Positions 17,555 to 25,856 of a stretch of 32,000 nt of DNA are shown here, in pieces. The notes below the pieces were generated by a model. It saw only the letters and a program-made list of their open reading frames with translations. It ran no database searches and was not told where the DNA came from. Made by a program: the position numbers and the translations under genes. Each line of letters opens with the position of its first letter. Within the stretch, counting starts at the first letter, position 1. The DNA lies in assembly GCA_026016245.1 (NCBI GenBank), contig CP061211.1, positions 540,001 through 572,000 of the forward strand, in the 5' to 3' direction. The DNA comes from Candidatus Pacearchaeota archaeon (GTDB lineage Archaea > Nanobdellota > Nanobdellia > Pacearchaeales > UBA284).

Positions 17555-17609
17555 AAAATAGAAAGTTATAAAAAAGATTTCTTACATCTGATTCGAACTA
17601 AATTTTAAA

Positions 17610-17615
17610 GGAGGT
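17610..17615 (+). promoter_or_regulatory. Canonical Shine-Dalgarno (GGAGGT) for ORF 17621
   Basis: aaaGGAGGTaataaATG, with a 5-nt spacer. Confidence 0.6.
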
Positions 17616-17620
17616 AATAA

Positions 17621-18286
17621 ATGGAAAATCAGACTTTCTGGGCATTTCTTGTGATAGCTTTAGTTGTCGGATTCGTATTAGGAATGGCTTATACAAATTC
17701 AACAATAACAGGAAAAGCCATCTGGGATGTTTTTAAAGTTAAAGAACCGACAACGCCTGCTCAACCAGACGCATTTCAACCAGCAACGACTCAACTAGTA
17801 GATGCATGGTTTGATGGAACGCAATTTCCACACTGTGAAACGACTTTTGATTTTAATCTAGATAGCGAAAATAGTGTTTTTTTCTTGGAAAAATGTTTTA
17901 AAGCAGTTTTTGTAGAAGAAAACAGAAGGAAAGAAGTTACTCTTCATGGAACATTTTTTGACACCACAAGACAAGAATTTGTAGCACATATAGAATTTAA
18001 AGATTTTTTAGGGAGTACTTTATGCTTTGAAGAGGATATAATTACAGCTGTAGAAGACATTGGGTTTGCAGTTGATGTATTAGAGATAACATTAAAATCT
18101 TCCAATGCAGAAACTGTAGAGGCTGCACTAGTAGTAATTCCAGATAATTTCTTTGAGGAATTTTGTTTTACTACAACAGATCCAAATCTCATAGAAGGAA
18201 CCTTTACTGATAAAAAATATGTGATTGATAGTAATGGAATTGATTGTAAACAAGGATTTGGGAGATGTGCTGCCGCAGTTAATTGA
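17621..18286 (+). CDS. Hypothetical N-terminally anchored acidic exoprotein (221 aa, 7 Cys, Phe-rich)
   Basis: Signal anchor FWAFLVIALVVGFVLGMAY and a strong SD. No recognised domain. The antisense ORF 17944-18318 is judged spurious. Confidence 0.6.
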   Translation: MENQTFWAFLVIALVVGFVLGMAYTNSTITGKAIWDVFKVKEPTTPAQPDAFQPATTQLVDAWFDGTQFPHCETTFDFNLDSENSVFFLEKCFKAVFVEENRRKEVTLHGTFFDTTRQEFVAHIEFKDFLGSTLCFEEDIITAVEDIGFAVDVLEITLKSSNAETVEAALVVIPDNFFEEFCFTTTDPNLIEGTFTDKKYVIDSNGIDCKQGFGRCAAAVN

Positions 18287-18307
18287 TTCCAAAAATTTTT
18301 TTCTTTT

Positions 18308-19030
18308 TTATTTTTCATATAAAGTATAGTAGGCTATTGTTATTATTGCTGCTAGAAGTAGAGCTATGATTATCGTCGCAAAAGTGTTTGTCAGGTTCAT
18401 TAATAGCAAGATAAATAAAGAGAATATGAAAGCAAAGAACCATGTTACTCTTGTGCTGTTCAGGATTTTGAATCCAAGGCCAATAGGAATTAATGTTAAA
18501 AAGGCAAGCCATGCACATATCATTGCAAACTCGTTGTAGCCAGCTACTCTTATGATAAGGCCCAGAATGAGAACAGCAATAGGGCCGGAGAGTGCTATCT
18601 TTCCAATATCAGCCTCTGTAAGCTCTTCCCATCTTCTTCTTACTCGGCTAGGTTTTGGTTCAATATCAAAGTTAAGGATGGCAAGCCACTTAAAAAAGCC
18701 GTTTGTGATAATAACTAAAATTAAAGGCAAAGCAAGCCAGGCTGGAAATTCAAATGGAAATTCTGCTTTTGCTCCTTCTCTTAATGGCCTGAACCAATAT
18801 TTTCTGAAACTTAAGAGTTTAATTCTTATTTTACAGTCAAGATAGTCTGCTGTTGCTTTTTGAGCAAGAACAAAAATTCCTAATATTGCTAGAGAGAGAA
18901 GAAAGTAGATGAAAAAATCATCTGGCTCAAAACTGATCATCGGCAATGAGACATTTAAAGCAAGCACAAAACCTAAAAATAAAGATGCTAGGACTATGAT
19001 GGTAATTTCCTTGATCAGATCTTTTTCCAT
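18308..19030 (-). CDS. M50/S2P-like polytopic membrane protein lacking the catalytic motifs (putative pseudoprotease)
   Basis: Aligns by eye with the bona fide S2P in this window. FVLAQKATADYLDCKIRIK matches THEFAHGVFARYYKIKIK, KIALSGPIAVLILGL matches LSILSAGTFSNFIFAI, and AFLTLIPIGLGFKIL matches ALLNMLPLGILDGGKF. HExxH and the LDG Asp are both replaced. Confidence 0.5.
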   Translation of the reverse strand: MEKDLIKEITIIVLASLFLGFVLALNVSLPMISFEPDDFFIYFLLSLAILGIFVLAQKATADYLDCKIRIKLLSFRKYWFRPLREGAKAEFPFEFPAWLALPLILVIITNGFFKWLAILNFDIEPKPSRVRRRWEELTEADIGKIALSGPIAVLILGLIIRVAGYNEFAMICAWLAFLTLIPIGLGFKILNSTRVTWFFAFIFSLFILLLMNLTNTFATIIIALLLAAIITIAYYTLYEK

Positions 19031-19052
19031 TTTTAAATAAATGAATAGAGGC

Positions 19053-21344
19053 TTATATTTTTTTCTTTTTTAGCTCTTTTTTAAGCCAGTCCTGCCATTC
19101 CTTGAAAACTTGTCTGCCCTGAGGTACTCCAATATCTTGTCTTACTTTATCACTTATATTATGAAACATATTATTTGCTTTAAGAACCCATGGTGCCTCA
19201 AGTAATTGTGGCCTCTTTATTTTCTTGGCTGTTTTTACCATTGCTTCTTTTATTTTTGCCCTCAGTAAGATATTGTCCCAGACAGCATCCCAACTTCCTG
19301 CCCATCCTTTGACATTTCCTGCAATATCTTTCAAAATCTCGCTTTCTCCATTAATAAGATCATCAGTTGGAATAAGCTCATCTTTTCTTACATCATACCT
19401 AAATAAGTCAAGGAAACCATGTTCAATACTAGGGTCAGATATCCAGTGCTTTCTTATTTCAGCAAGCTGCAAGACTCTTCTCCATCTGTGGAGACCATCA
19501 GGACTTTTGATTGGATTACATATAAGAATTATATCTGTTGCTTTGAAACTTGTTGCCGGCACTTTCAAATCATTAACAACCCTATCAAAAACTCCATAAG
19601 GACTTGCTCCATGAATTGTTCCTGCCACTACATTAGCTAAAGCACCAATTCTCATGGCTTCATATAATGCCAAAGCTTCTTCACTTCTTACCTCACCTAC
19701 TATCAAAGAAGAGTCTCCAAGACGCAGAGAAGTACGGATACCTTCTGCTGCACTCATTTCTGTTGTTTCTCTTGCCAAAGCTTCTCTAACTTTCATTCTT
19801 AAAATATCATAACCAAGGTCTCGAAGAGAATTAACTGGCAGTTCCATTGTTCCTTCAATAACAATAACTCTATAACGCGGCATAATCTCTAACATGCAGG
19901 CCCCTAACATAGATGTTTTACCAGAGCTTCTTGTTCCTGCAATAATTAGGGTTCTGCCTCCATCAATCAAGAAAGAGAGAACACCAGCTGTCATCGGATT
20001 AATCATTCTGTTTTGAATAAAAAGAGGCAGGGTCCATGGTTTTTCTCTATGTCTTCTGATTGCATAAGCCAAACCATAAGGACTTAATGGTTTTTGAATT
20101 ATAGATACTCTTGCCCTTGCTGCCCCAATTATTAATTCAGTGTCAAGAACAGGATTAGCTTCATCTAATGCCCTCCCAGAAATCATTCTAAATTTAGCTG
20201 CCCATGATTCAGCATCTTCATGACTTGGAATAATATTAGTATTACACTCATCAAATTCTTGATGTCTTATAAATATAGGAACAATGCCTATAGGTGCATT
20301 AATCATTATGTCCTGAATTTTATCATCCTGTAAAAGCACTTCTACTAAACCAAAACCAATAGTATGCCTTACAAGAATTACTGCTAATTTGTTTATTTGC
20401 CTATAACTTAGAGATATTTTTTTTGTTTCAGCAAGCTCTCTGATAAGGTCACGGGCAATATTAAAGAAAACCTGTCTTATTCTAGATGGGTCAACAAATT
20501 CTTCTGCCCTTGGTTTGTGTTCGAGCAAGACATTCCTGGCCATATTAACTAGGCTTTGGAGTTCTTCAGATAAAGTGAATTCAGGAGCCATAATATGATA
20601 AATATCTTTGGTTTTCCCAGGAATTTTCAGTATAGTGATTGTACTTTTATCATATTCTGGGCCTATATCATATTGGTCAATGATTTCAGATTCTGGAGGA
20701 AAAGAAGACATTAACCTAGTGAATGTAAAGTTAGGAACTATCTCTGGCCTAAAAATTTCTTTGTATAGTGTTCTGTCTCCAACTTTATGCCCTAAAAGTC
20801 TTTCTTTTACTATTTTTATTATTGTCAAGCCCTCTAGCAAAGAGAGTATTTTTGTTAAAAGTCTGATATAATGCATCTCAGAAGTTTGTTCTGCTTTAGG
20901 AAGTTTTTTCGCAATGATTCTTTCTTCTCTGAGCAATCTTTTTGCTTCAACATAACAAGCCAGAGGATCTTGTTTAAGAAGAGTTAAAACAAGATAACGC
21001 ATTGTGTCATATCTTTGTGGCAGGTATTTTTTGTATTTGTATGGTTCTAGTGTTGAGGTTTCTAGAACTTTCACTTGTTTTATTAAATGCACATAAAGCT
21101 GCCCAACTTCAACTAGCAATGAGACTTGTCTGAAATCATAACTATAGTTTCTTTGCTGGACAAAAACCACTCTTGAAACATTTGGTGATTCAATAATAGA
21201 TTCAACAGTGCGGGCCATTACAATAGGAGAATCTGCGATAGTTGGCACATAGGGAGCACCAAGATAATTAATATACATAACATCCTGGCCAGCCTCTCTT
21301 GTGATTTCATAAGCATATAATTTTGTTTCTGGTTTAAAAATCAT
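19053..21344 (-). CDS. Type II/IV secretion-family ATPase (FlaI/PilB/VirB11 superfamily), enlarged 763-aa form
   Basis: Walker A GTRSSGKTSMLGA, VIVIEGTMELP, Walker B/Asp-box region SSLIVGEVRSEEA, His box AGTIHGASP. Long N-terminal (~450 aa before Walker A) and C-terminal (~120 aa) regions. Confidence 0.9.
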   Translation of the reverse strand: MIFKPETKLYAYEITREAGQDVMYINYLGAPYVPTIADSPIVMARTVESIIESPNVSRVVFVQQRNYSYDFRQVSLLVEVGQLYVHLIKQVKVLETSTLEPYKYKKYLPQRYDTMRYLVLTLLKQDPLACYVEAKRLLREERIIAKKLPKAEQTSEMHYIRLLTKILSLLEGLTIIKIVKERLLGHKVGDRTLYKEIFRPEIVPNFTFTRLMSSFPPESEIIDQYDIGPEYDKSTITILKIPGKTKDIYHIMAPEFTLSEELQSLVNMARNVLLEHKPRAEEFVDPSRIRQVFFNIARDLIRELAETKKISLSYRQINKLAVILVRHTIGFGLVEVLLQDDKIQDIMINAPIGIVPIFIRHQEFDECNTNIIPSHEDAESWAAKFRMISGRALDEANPVLDTELIIGAARARVSIIQKPLSPYGLAYAIRRHREKPWTLPLFIQNRMINPMTAGVLSFLIDGGRTLIIAGTRSSGKTSMLGACMLEIMPRYRVIVIEGTMELPVNSLRDLGYDILRMKVREALARETTEMSAAEGIRTSLRLGDSSLIVGEVRSEEALALYEAMRIGALANVVAGTIHGASPYGVFDRVVNDLKVPATSFKATDIILICNPIKSPDGLHRWRRVLQLAEIRKHWISDPSIEHGFLDLFRYDVRKDELIPTDDLINGESEILKDIAGNVKGWAGSWDAVWDNILLRAKIKEAMVKTAKKIKRPQLLEAPWVLKANNMFHNISDKVRQDIGVPQGRQVFKEWQDWLKKELKKKKI

Positions 21345-21503
21345 AATACTCTCCTCTTTTCTTTCCTTTGTTTTTATGAGATATCCTACATTTTTAATTA
21401 TTGCGTTAATGTATTATAATGCAAGAGTAATACAAGATAAATATTTAAATCAAAATTTCTTTTTAAAAGTAATAAAAGTAAAAGAGGAAGAGGAAAAAGA
21501 AAG

Positions 21504-21896
21504 ATGGATGAAAGAGAGTTAGGAGCTGTTTCTGCTCTTCTGACAGAATTTAGTACTAGAGTGAATGATTTAGAAGAAAGGAGTAGATTGATTAGGGAAA
21601 GGCTTCTTACTTTAAGTCAAACCGTATTGAAACAGAATGAAAGGCTGAACAAGGAAATTGGTGTTTTAAAGGAAGACATGAGAGAGATTAGAAATGAGAG
21701 TGATAGATTAAAAGAAGCTGTTGAGCATATTATCCGTGAGAGTTCTGAGCTAGCAAGAAAAGAAGAGCTGAGAGTTGTGGAGAGATATATGAAACTTTTT
21801 GAGCCACTTAAATTTGCAACTATTGAGGATGTTAAGAGGATTGTGAAGAAAGAGCTAAAAAAGAAGAAGGATGGAATTATAGAGATAGAAGAATAA
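21504..21896 (+). CDS. Hypothetical coiled-coil protein (130 aa)
   Basis: Heptad-rich sequence (LEERSRLIRERLLTLSQTVLKQNERLNKEIGVLKEDMREIRNE); divergent from the ATPase. Confidence 0.55.
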   Translation: MDERELGAVSALLTEFSTRVNDLEERSRLIRERLLTLSQTVLKQNERLNKEIGVLKEDMREIRNESDRLKEAVEHIIRESSELARKEELRVVERYMKLFEPLKFATIEDVKRIVKKELKKKKDGIIEIEE

Positions 21897-21917
21897 AAAA
21901 TTTAAAAATAAAAAATA

Positions 21918-22802
21918 ATGCTTAAAAATAAAAATATGCCAAAAAAAACACCTGTTAATGAAGTTCTTAGGTTGATTAAACAGGGCTATACAGATGCAGA
22001 TATAATTCGTTATTTGAGAGAACAAGATTATAGTCCAACTGAAATAAATGATGCCATGAATCAGGCAAAGATTAAGATAGAGCTAGCTGAGACTGCTGGT
22101 ATGGAAACTGAAGTTGCTCCTGCTGAATATGCTGAAACAGCAGAAGAGGAAATGACTCCATCAATAATGTCTCAAGAAGAAGTTGAGGCTGGGCCAGTTT
22201 ATTATGCTCCGGCGCCAGCAGAAGAAGAAGCTCCAGCTGAAGCGCCTGTAGAAGAAGTTCCTTTAACAACAGAAGCAGGATATCCTTATTCTTATCCATA
22301 TGCTTATCCTACTGAAGCTCCTGGAGCTCAGGTTATGCCATCAACAACAGAGATGGAAGAACTTGCTGAAGAAATCATAAATGAAAAATGGCAAGAGTTC
22401 ATGAGAAAAGCTGGGGACATTCCAGAATTCAAAACTAATGTCAAGTCAAGGCTAAAAAGCGCTGAGGACAGAACCAAGAGATTGGAGAGAGCTTTTGAAA
22501 GGCTTCAAGAAACAACTTTATTAAGAGTACAGGAACAAGGGAGGGATATTAAGGCATTAAGTACAGAGATAGGGGCATTAGAAGGAGCTTTTAGTAAAAT
22601 TTTAGAGCCATTAACAACATCAGTAAAAGAATTAATAGAACTAAGCGAGGAAATAAAGGGAATAAAACCAAAAGAAGCAGCAAAAATAAAGAAAGCAGTA
22701 ATAAAAGTAGAAAAAGCTTTAAAGACAAAAGCAAGACCAAAAACAAAAGCAAAAAAAGCAATCAAGAAAAAAACAATAAAGAAGAAAGTAAAGAAAAAAT
22801 AA
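21918..22802 (+). CDS. Hypothetical protein: small helical N-domain, Pro/Ala/Glu linker, coiled coil, Lys-rich tail
   Basis: N-terminus VNEVLRLIKQGYTDADIIRYLREQDYSPTEINDAMNQA. Linker with YPYSYPYAYP. Coiled coil with ALEGAFSKILEPL. Tail KAKKAIKKKTIKKKVKKK. Confidence 0.55.
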   Translation: MLKNKNMPKKTPVNEVLRLIKQGYTDADIIRYLREQDYSPTEINDAMNQAKIKIELAETAGMETEVAPAEYAETAEEEMTPSIMSQEEVEAGPVYYAPAPAEEEAPAEAPVEEVPLTTEAGYPYSYPYAYPTEAPGAQVMPSTTEMEELAEEIINEKWQEFMRKAGDIPEFKTNVKSRLKSAEDRTKRLERAFERLQETTLLRVQEQGRDIKALSTEIGALEGAFSKILEPLTTSVKELIELSEEIKGIKPKEAAKIKKAVIKVEKALKTKARPKTKAKKAIKKKTIKKKVKKK

Positions 22803-22864
22803 TCATTAGAAAATATTCTTTTTTTGGTAATTAATATTATATAATATTCTTATATATTTTTCAT

Positions 22865-23776
22865 ATGGATCCTGGAGTAATGAGTTATTCAAAAATTAAT
22901 ACATATAAAGGCTGTCCTTTTAGTTATTTTTTAGGCTATGGTCTTGGAGTTATTGTTCCTGATAATCCAGCTCTTGCTTTGGGGAGTATGTTACATACCC
23001 ATGCAAAACGATTTTGGGATATAAATTATAAATCAGTTGATAAGTTTGTTGGAGCTTTTAGAGGGATGTATTTACAAAGAGTTTTTGGTAAACTTAAAAA
23101 TCACCAGCCAGTGGCTTTTAAGTATAAGGATGAACCATGGATTAGGTTGAAGCAAGGGGAAAAAATGATTGAATTATTCTACAGACAGAATATCAGAAAT
23201 AAAGAAAGAGAAAAAAGACCAATACTTTTAGAAAAACAAGTTAGGGCTCCTTTTAGAGGGTTCAGAGTTTTAGGTAAATTAGACAGGGTAGATGAATTAA
23301 AAGCAAGAAAAAAAGGACCCAAAAAAATAATTATTGATTATAAAAGTGATAAGATTGTTCCGGTAGATGAACTAGAAGCTAACTTTGTTTATAGTTCTCA
23401 GTTTGTTATCTATAGAATAATACATAAACATGAATTTAAAGAGAATGCTGATGTTTATGTATGGTATCTTCGTATAGGCAGGATGTTTTTAATAAAACCT
23501 AAACCAAATGATAAAAATTGTCTTGAAAAATTATTGATAGAAGTTACAGATGATATAAAAAAAGACAAATTTCCTATGTTTAAAGGATTTCATTGTAAAA
23601 GTGTTTGCGAGTATTTTAAGCCTATCTGTAAACACATCAAAAATTCAGACAAATGTATTCTTGAACTTGAGAGGATGATTAGAAAAGGAAAGCTAAAAGT
23701 AAGTAAGAATAAATGGAAAAAATATCTTGAAAGAAAAAAACTTATATTTCATCCTGTAAGCCATCAGCTGTTATAA
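22865..23776 (+). CDS. PD-(D/E)XK nuclease, Cas4/RecB-like, with Cys cluster for a probable 4Fe-4S centre
   Basis: N-terminal Cys (YKGCPFSYFL). Nuclease core GKLDRVDEL...IIIDYKSDK and a QxxxY-like YSSQFVIYRI. C-terminal CKSVCEYFKPIC. The 3' end overlaps radA by 35 nt (convergent). Confidence 0.75.
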   Translation: MDPGVMSYSKINTYKGCPFSYFLGYGLGVIVPDNPALALGSMLHTHAKRFWDINYKSVDKFVGAFRGMYLQRVFGKLKNHQPVAFKYKDEPWIRLKQGEKMIELFYRQNIRNKEREKRPILLEKQVRAPFRGFRVLGKLDRVDELKARKKGPKKIIIDYKSDKIVPVDELEANFVYSSQFVIYRIIHKHEFKENADVYVWYLRIGRMFLIKPKPNDKNCLEKLLIEVTDDIKKDKFPMFKGFHCKSVCEYFKPICKHIKNSDKCILELERMIRKGKLKVSKNKWKKYLERKKLIFHPVSHQLL

Positions 23777-24707
23777 AGAAAATACATTCTGCTTCTGGCA
23801 AGTTTGGAGAATCAATCATTTTTGCAACTCTTGAATCTTTTCTTCCTCTTCTTAAATAAATTCGGTATGTTGAGGCATGGCCAACAATATGTCCGCCAAT
23901 TGCTTGTGTTGGATCTCCGAAAAGAACATCAGGACGGGCCATGACTTGGTTTGTTATATAAATAGCAAGATTGTTTGCTTCAGCAATCCTCATTAGACTA
24001 TGTAAATGCTTGTTGATTCTTTGCTGCCTGTCTGCCAACATTCCACGACCTGTAAACTCTGCTCTGAAATGTGCTGTAATTGAGTCAACTATCAAAAGTC
24101 GTATTGGTTCTCCTCTCCTTATTAAATCATTAACTTTCTCTACTAGAAGAATTTGATGATCACTATTGAAAGCACGAGCAACAAAAATATTCTTTAATGT
24201 TTTCATTGGATCTAGACCCTGGGCCTGAGAGATTTGTTTTATTCGCTCTGGTCTGAATGTTCCTTCTGTATCAATCCACACAACCTTAGCATTAGCACCA
24301 CCTTTTTCTTTAGGAAGTTGGGTTGTTACAGCAATCACATGCGCTATCTGGCTTTTTCCAGTACCATATGCACCAAAAGTTTCTGTTATAGCTCTTGTTT
24401 CTATCCCCCCACCTAACAATGCATTTAGATTTTTGCTTCCTGTGCTGATTTTGAAAATTTCTTCCCTCTTTTTTAGATATTCTGTTGCATCTTCAAATTC
24501 AAGATGGAGCATTTTTCGAGCTGCAGCTATAGCTTTTCTTGCAGAAGCCCCAGTAATATCAGCCACAGTGCTTAAATCATTAGGAGTCATTACTGCTATG
24601 CTCATTAAATCACCATAACCTACTGATTCTAGTTTTGATGCTGTTGTCTGGCCAATGCCAGGTAAATCTGTTAACTTCATCTCTTTTTTATCTTTGTCCT
24701 TAGCCAT
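23742..24707 (-). CDS. radA: DNA repair and recombination protein RadA
   Basis: N-terminal HhH (LTDLPGIGQTTASKLESVGY), Walker A GAYGTGKSQ, Walker B LLIVDS. Confidence 0.95.
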   Translation of the reverse strand: MAKDKDKKEMKLTDLPGIGQTTASKLESVGYGDLMSIAVMTPNDLSTVADITGASARKAIAAARKMLHLEFEDATEYLKKREEIFKISTGSKNLNALLGGGIETRAITETFGAYGTGKSQIAHVIAVTTQLPKEKGGANAKVVWIDTEGTFRPERIKQISQAQGLDPMKTLKNIFVARAFNSDHQILLVEKVNDLIRRGEPIRLLIVDSITAHFRAEFTGRGMLADRQQRINKHLHSLMRIAEANNLAIYITNQVMARPDVLFGDPTQAIGGHIVGHASTYRIYLRRGRKDSRVAKMIDSPNLPEAECIFFITADGLQDEI

Positions 24708-24761
24708 AGTGTTTTAAGGGGCAAGAGTTTTATAAAGATTATTCTACCGAGAAATATGTTT

Positions 24762-25733
24762 TTATTTGCTTAATTCCATAATAATATCATCTGGGTTAAC
24801 TTCTTTTAAACTGTTAATAATAAACTCATTTCTGTTGAACATTACATTTTTTCTAGCTCTGCCAGAAAAGAGCATTTCAGCTCCCAAAATTTCCTGTTTT
24901 TTGTCGAGCATGAAAGATGAATCTTGCAGTTTTTCTATCTCCTCTTCTTTTATCTTGAATATGTTAGTTATTGTCTCATTAAATGCTACTGCTCTCATGC
25001 TTTCACTCCCATCATCAATAATCAGGCTAATCAATGCTCTTTTTTTTGGGATAACAGCATTATGTTTCATGCATACAGCTTTATCTCCTTCATAAGAAAC
25101 TTTCATACCACATTCTGGGCAGGTCATGAAAAAGTTTGGCTGGAAAACCTGGACAATATTACCCCTAACACTCACCCCCTCCCCAGGTTGTAATTCAGAG
25201 AGTTTCTTTATTGGCAGTGTTTCTTTTCTTATTTTTACTGTCTTAATTTCCTTATCACTTAACTCAATACTTGAATTAGAACTAAGATGGATCTCTCTTA
25301 TTGTTGTGCCTCTTACATCAGCATTTTTTATATCAACAACAGAGTCTTTCTTAATTGTTCCATTTTTTATCTTGTCTATGTGGTGGGTATCCCACAAAAC
25401 AACACGAATACTTGAGCTATCATCAGCAAGTAAGAAGGAACCTATCTCCCCTTCATGTTCTGCTCTCCTAAATTTTCTTGTGGGATAAATCTCAATTACT
25501 TTTCCTATGGTTTGAATTTTTTTCATTCCTATAAGCATATCAATTACCTTAAATTTTTGTTTCTCAAAACTTATTCCAAGTTCAGCTGCTACAACTTGGG
25601 CTGCTCCTAAACTACTAATAAGGCCAGAAAGCTTAGCTTTTTTTGCATCTACTCTCCTTTGTATCTCTTCTATACCAAGACCAGAAAGACGAGCTATTCT
25701 CTCTATAAGTTGTTGATATGTTGCGTGAATCAT
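24762..25733 (-). CDS. Replication protein A-like ssDNA-binding protein (OB folds plus zinc ribbon)
   Basis: N-terminal IERIARLSGLGIEEIQRRVDAKKAKLSGLISSLGAAQVVAAELGI is typical of archaeal RPA. OB-fold region. Zinc ribbon CPECG...CMKH. Confidence 0.75.
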   Translation of the reverse strand: MIHATYQQLIERIARLSGLGIEEIQRRVDAKKAKLSGLISSLGAAQVVAAELGISFEKQKFKVIDMLIGMKKIQTIGKVIEIYPTRKFRRAEHEGEIGSFLLADDSSSIRVVLWDTHHIDKIKNGTIKKDSVVDIKNADVRGTTIREIHLSSNSSIELSDKEIKTVKIRKETLPIKKLSELQPGEGVSVRGNIVQVFQPNFFMTCPECGMKVSYEGDKAVCMKHNAVIPKKRALISLIIDDGSESMRAVAFNETITNIFKIKEEEIEKLQDSSFMLDKKQEILGAEMLFSGRARKNVMFNRNEFIINSLKEVNPDDIIMELSK

Positions 25734-25768
25734 TTTATCTTATTAGGAAAGAAGGACTTTTTTTAAAT

Positions 25769-25789
25769 ATTTATATCATAATTTATATC
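25769..25789 (-). promoter_or_regulatory. Candidate promoter of the RPA-radA pair with duplicated TATA-like 9-mer
   Basis: The minus strand reads GATATAAATtatGATATAAATatttaaaaaaag, 35-65 nt upstream of the RPA ATG (25733). Confidence 0.3.
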
Positions 25790-25856
25790 AGTTTAATTTT
25801 ATGTCATACCGCAGAAACAGAACAAAGGAATTAAGGAATGCGACAATATTCTTATA

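Noticed and set aside
17621-18286. Horizontal-transfer island based on locally higher GC
   Set aside because: Only some 60-nt stretches are less AT-rich and others match the background. There are no flanking repeats, tRNA-adjacent integration signature or mobility genes.
17944-18318. 124-aa minus-strand ORF overlapping ORF 17621-18286
   Set aside because: The + strand ORF has a perfect SD, a signal anchor and a longer frame. The antisense ORF has no start context and would overlap the next minus-strand gene's end.
18308-19030. 240-aa membrane protein as the missing PilC/FlaJ platform protein or as the prepilin peptidase
   Set aside because: It has no paired T2SSF-like cytoplasmic helical domains and no GxGD/Asp motifs of A24 peptidases. 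Its segments instead align with M50 protease motifs, which are degenerate here.
23742-23776. 35-nt convergent overlap of the Cas4-like nuclease and radA as a regulatory antisense element
   Set aside because: Overlaps of gene ends are common throughout this compact window (for example 2169-2172 and 8245/8246). Nothing specific supports a regulatory role.
22865-23776. Cas4-like nuclease as evidence for a CRISPR-Cas locus
   Set aside because: No other cas genes and no repeat array occur in the window. Stand-alone Cas4/RecB-like PD-(D/E)XK nucleases are common in archaea.
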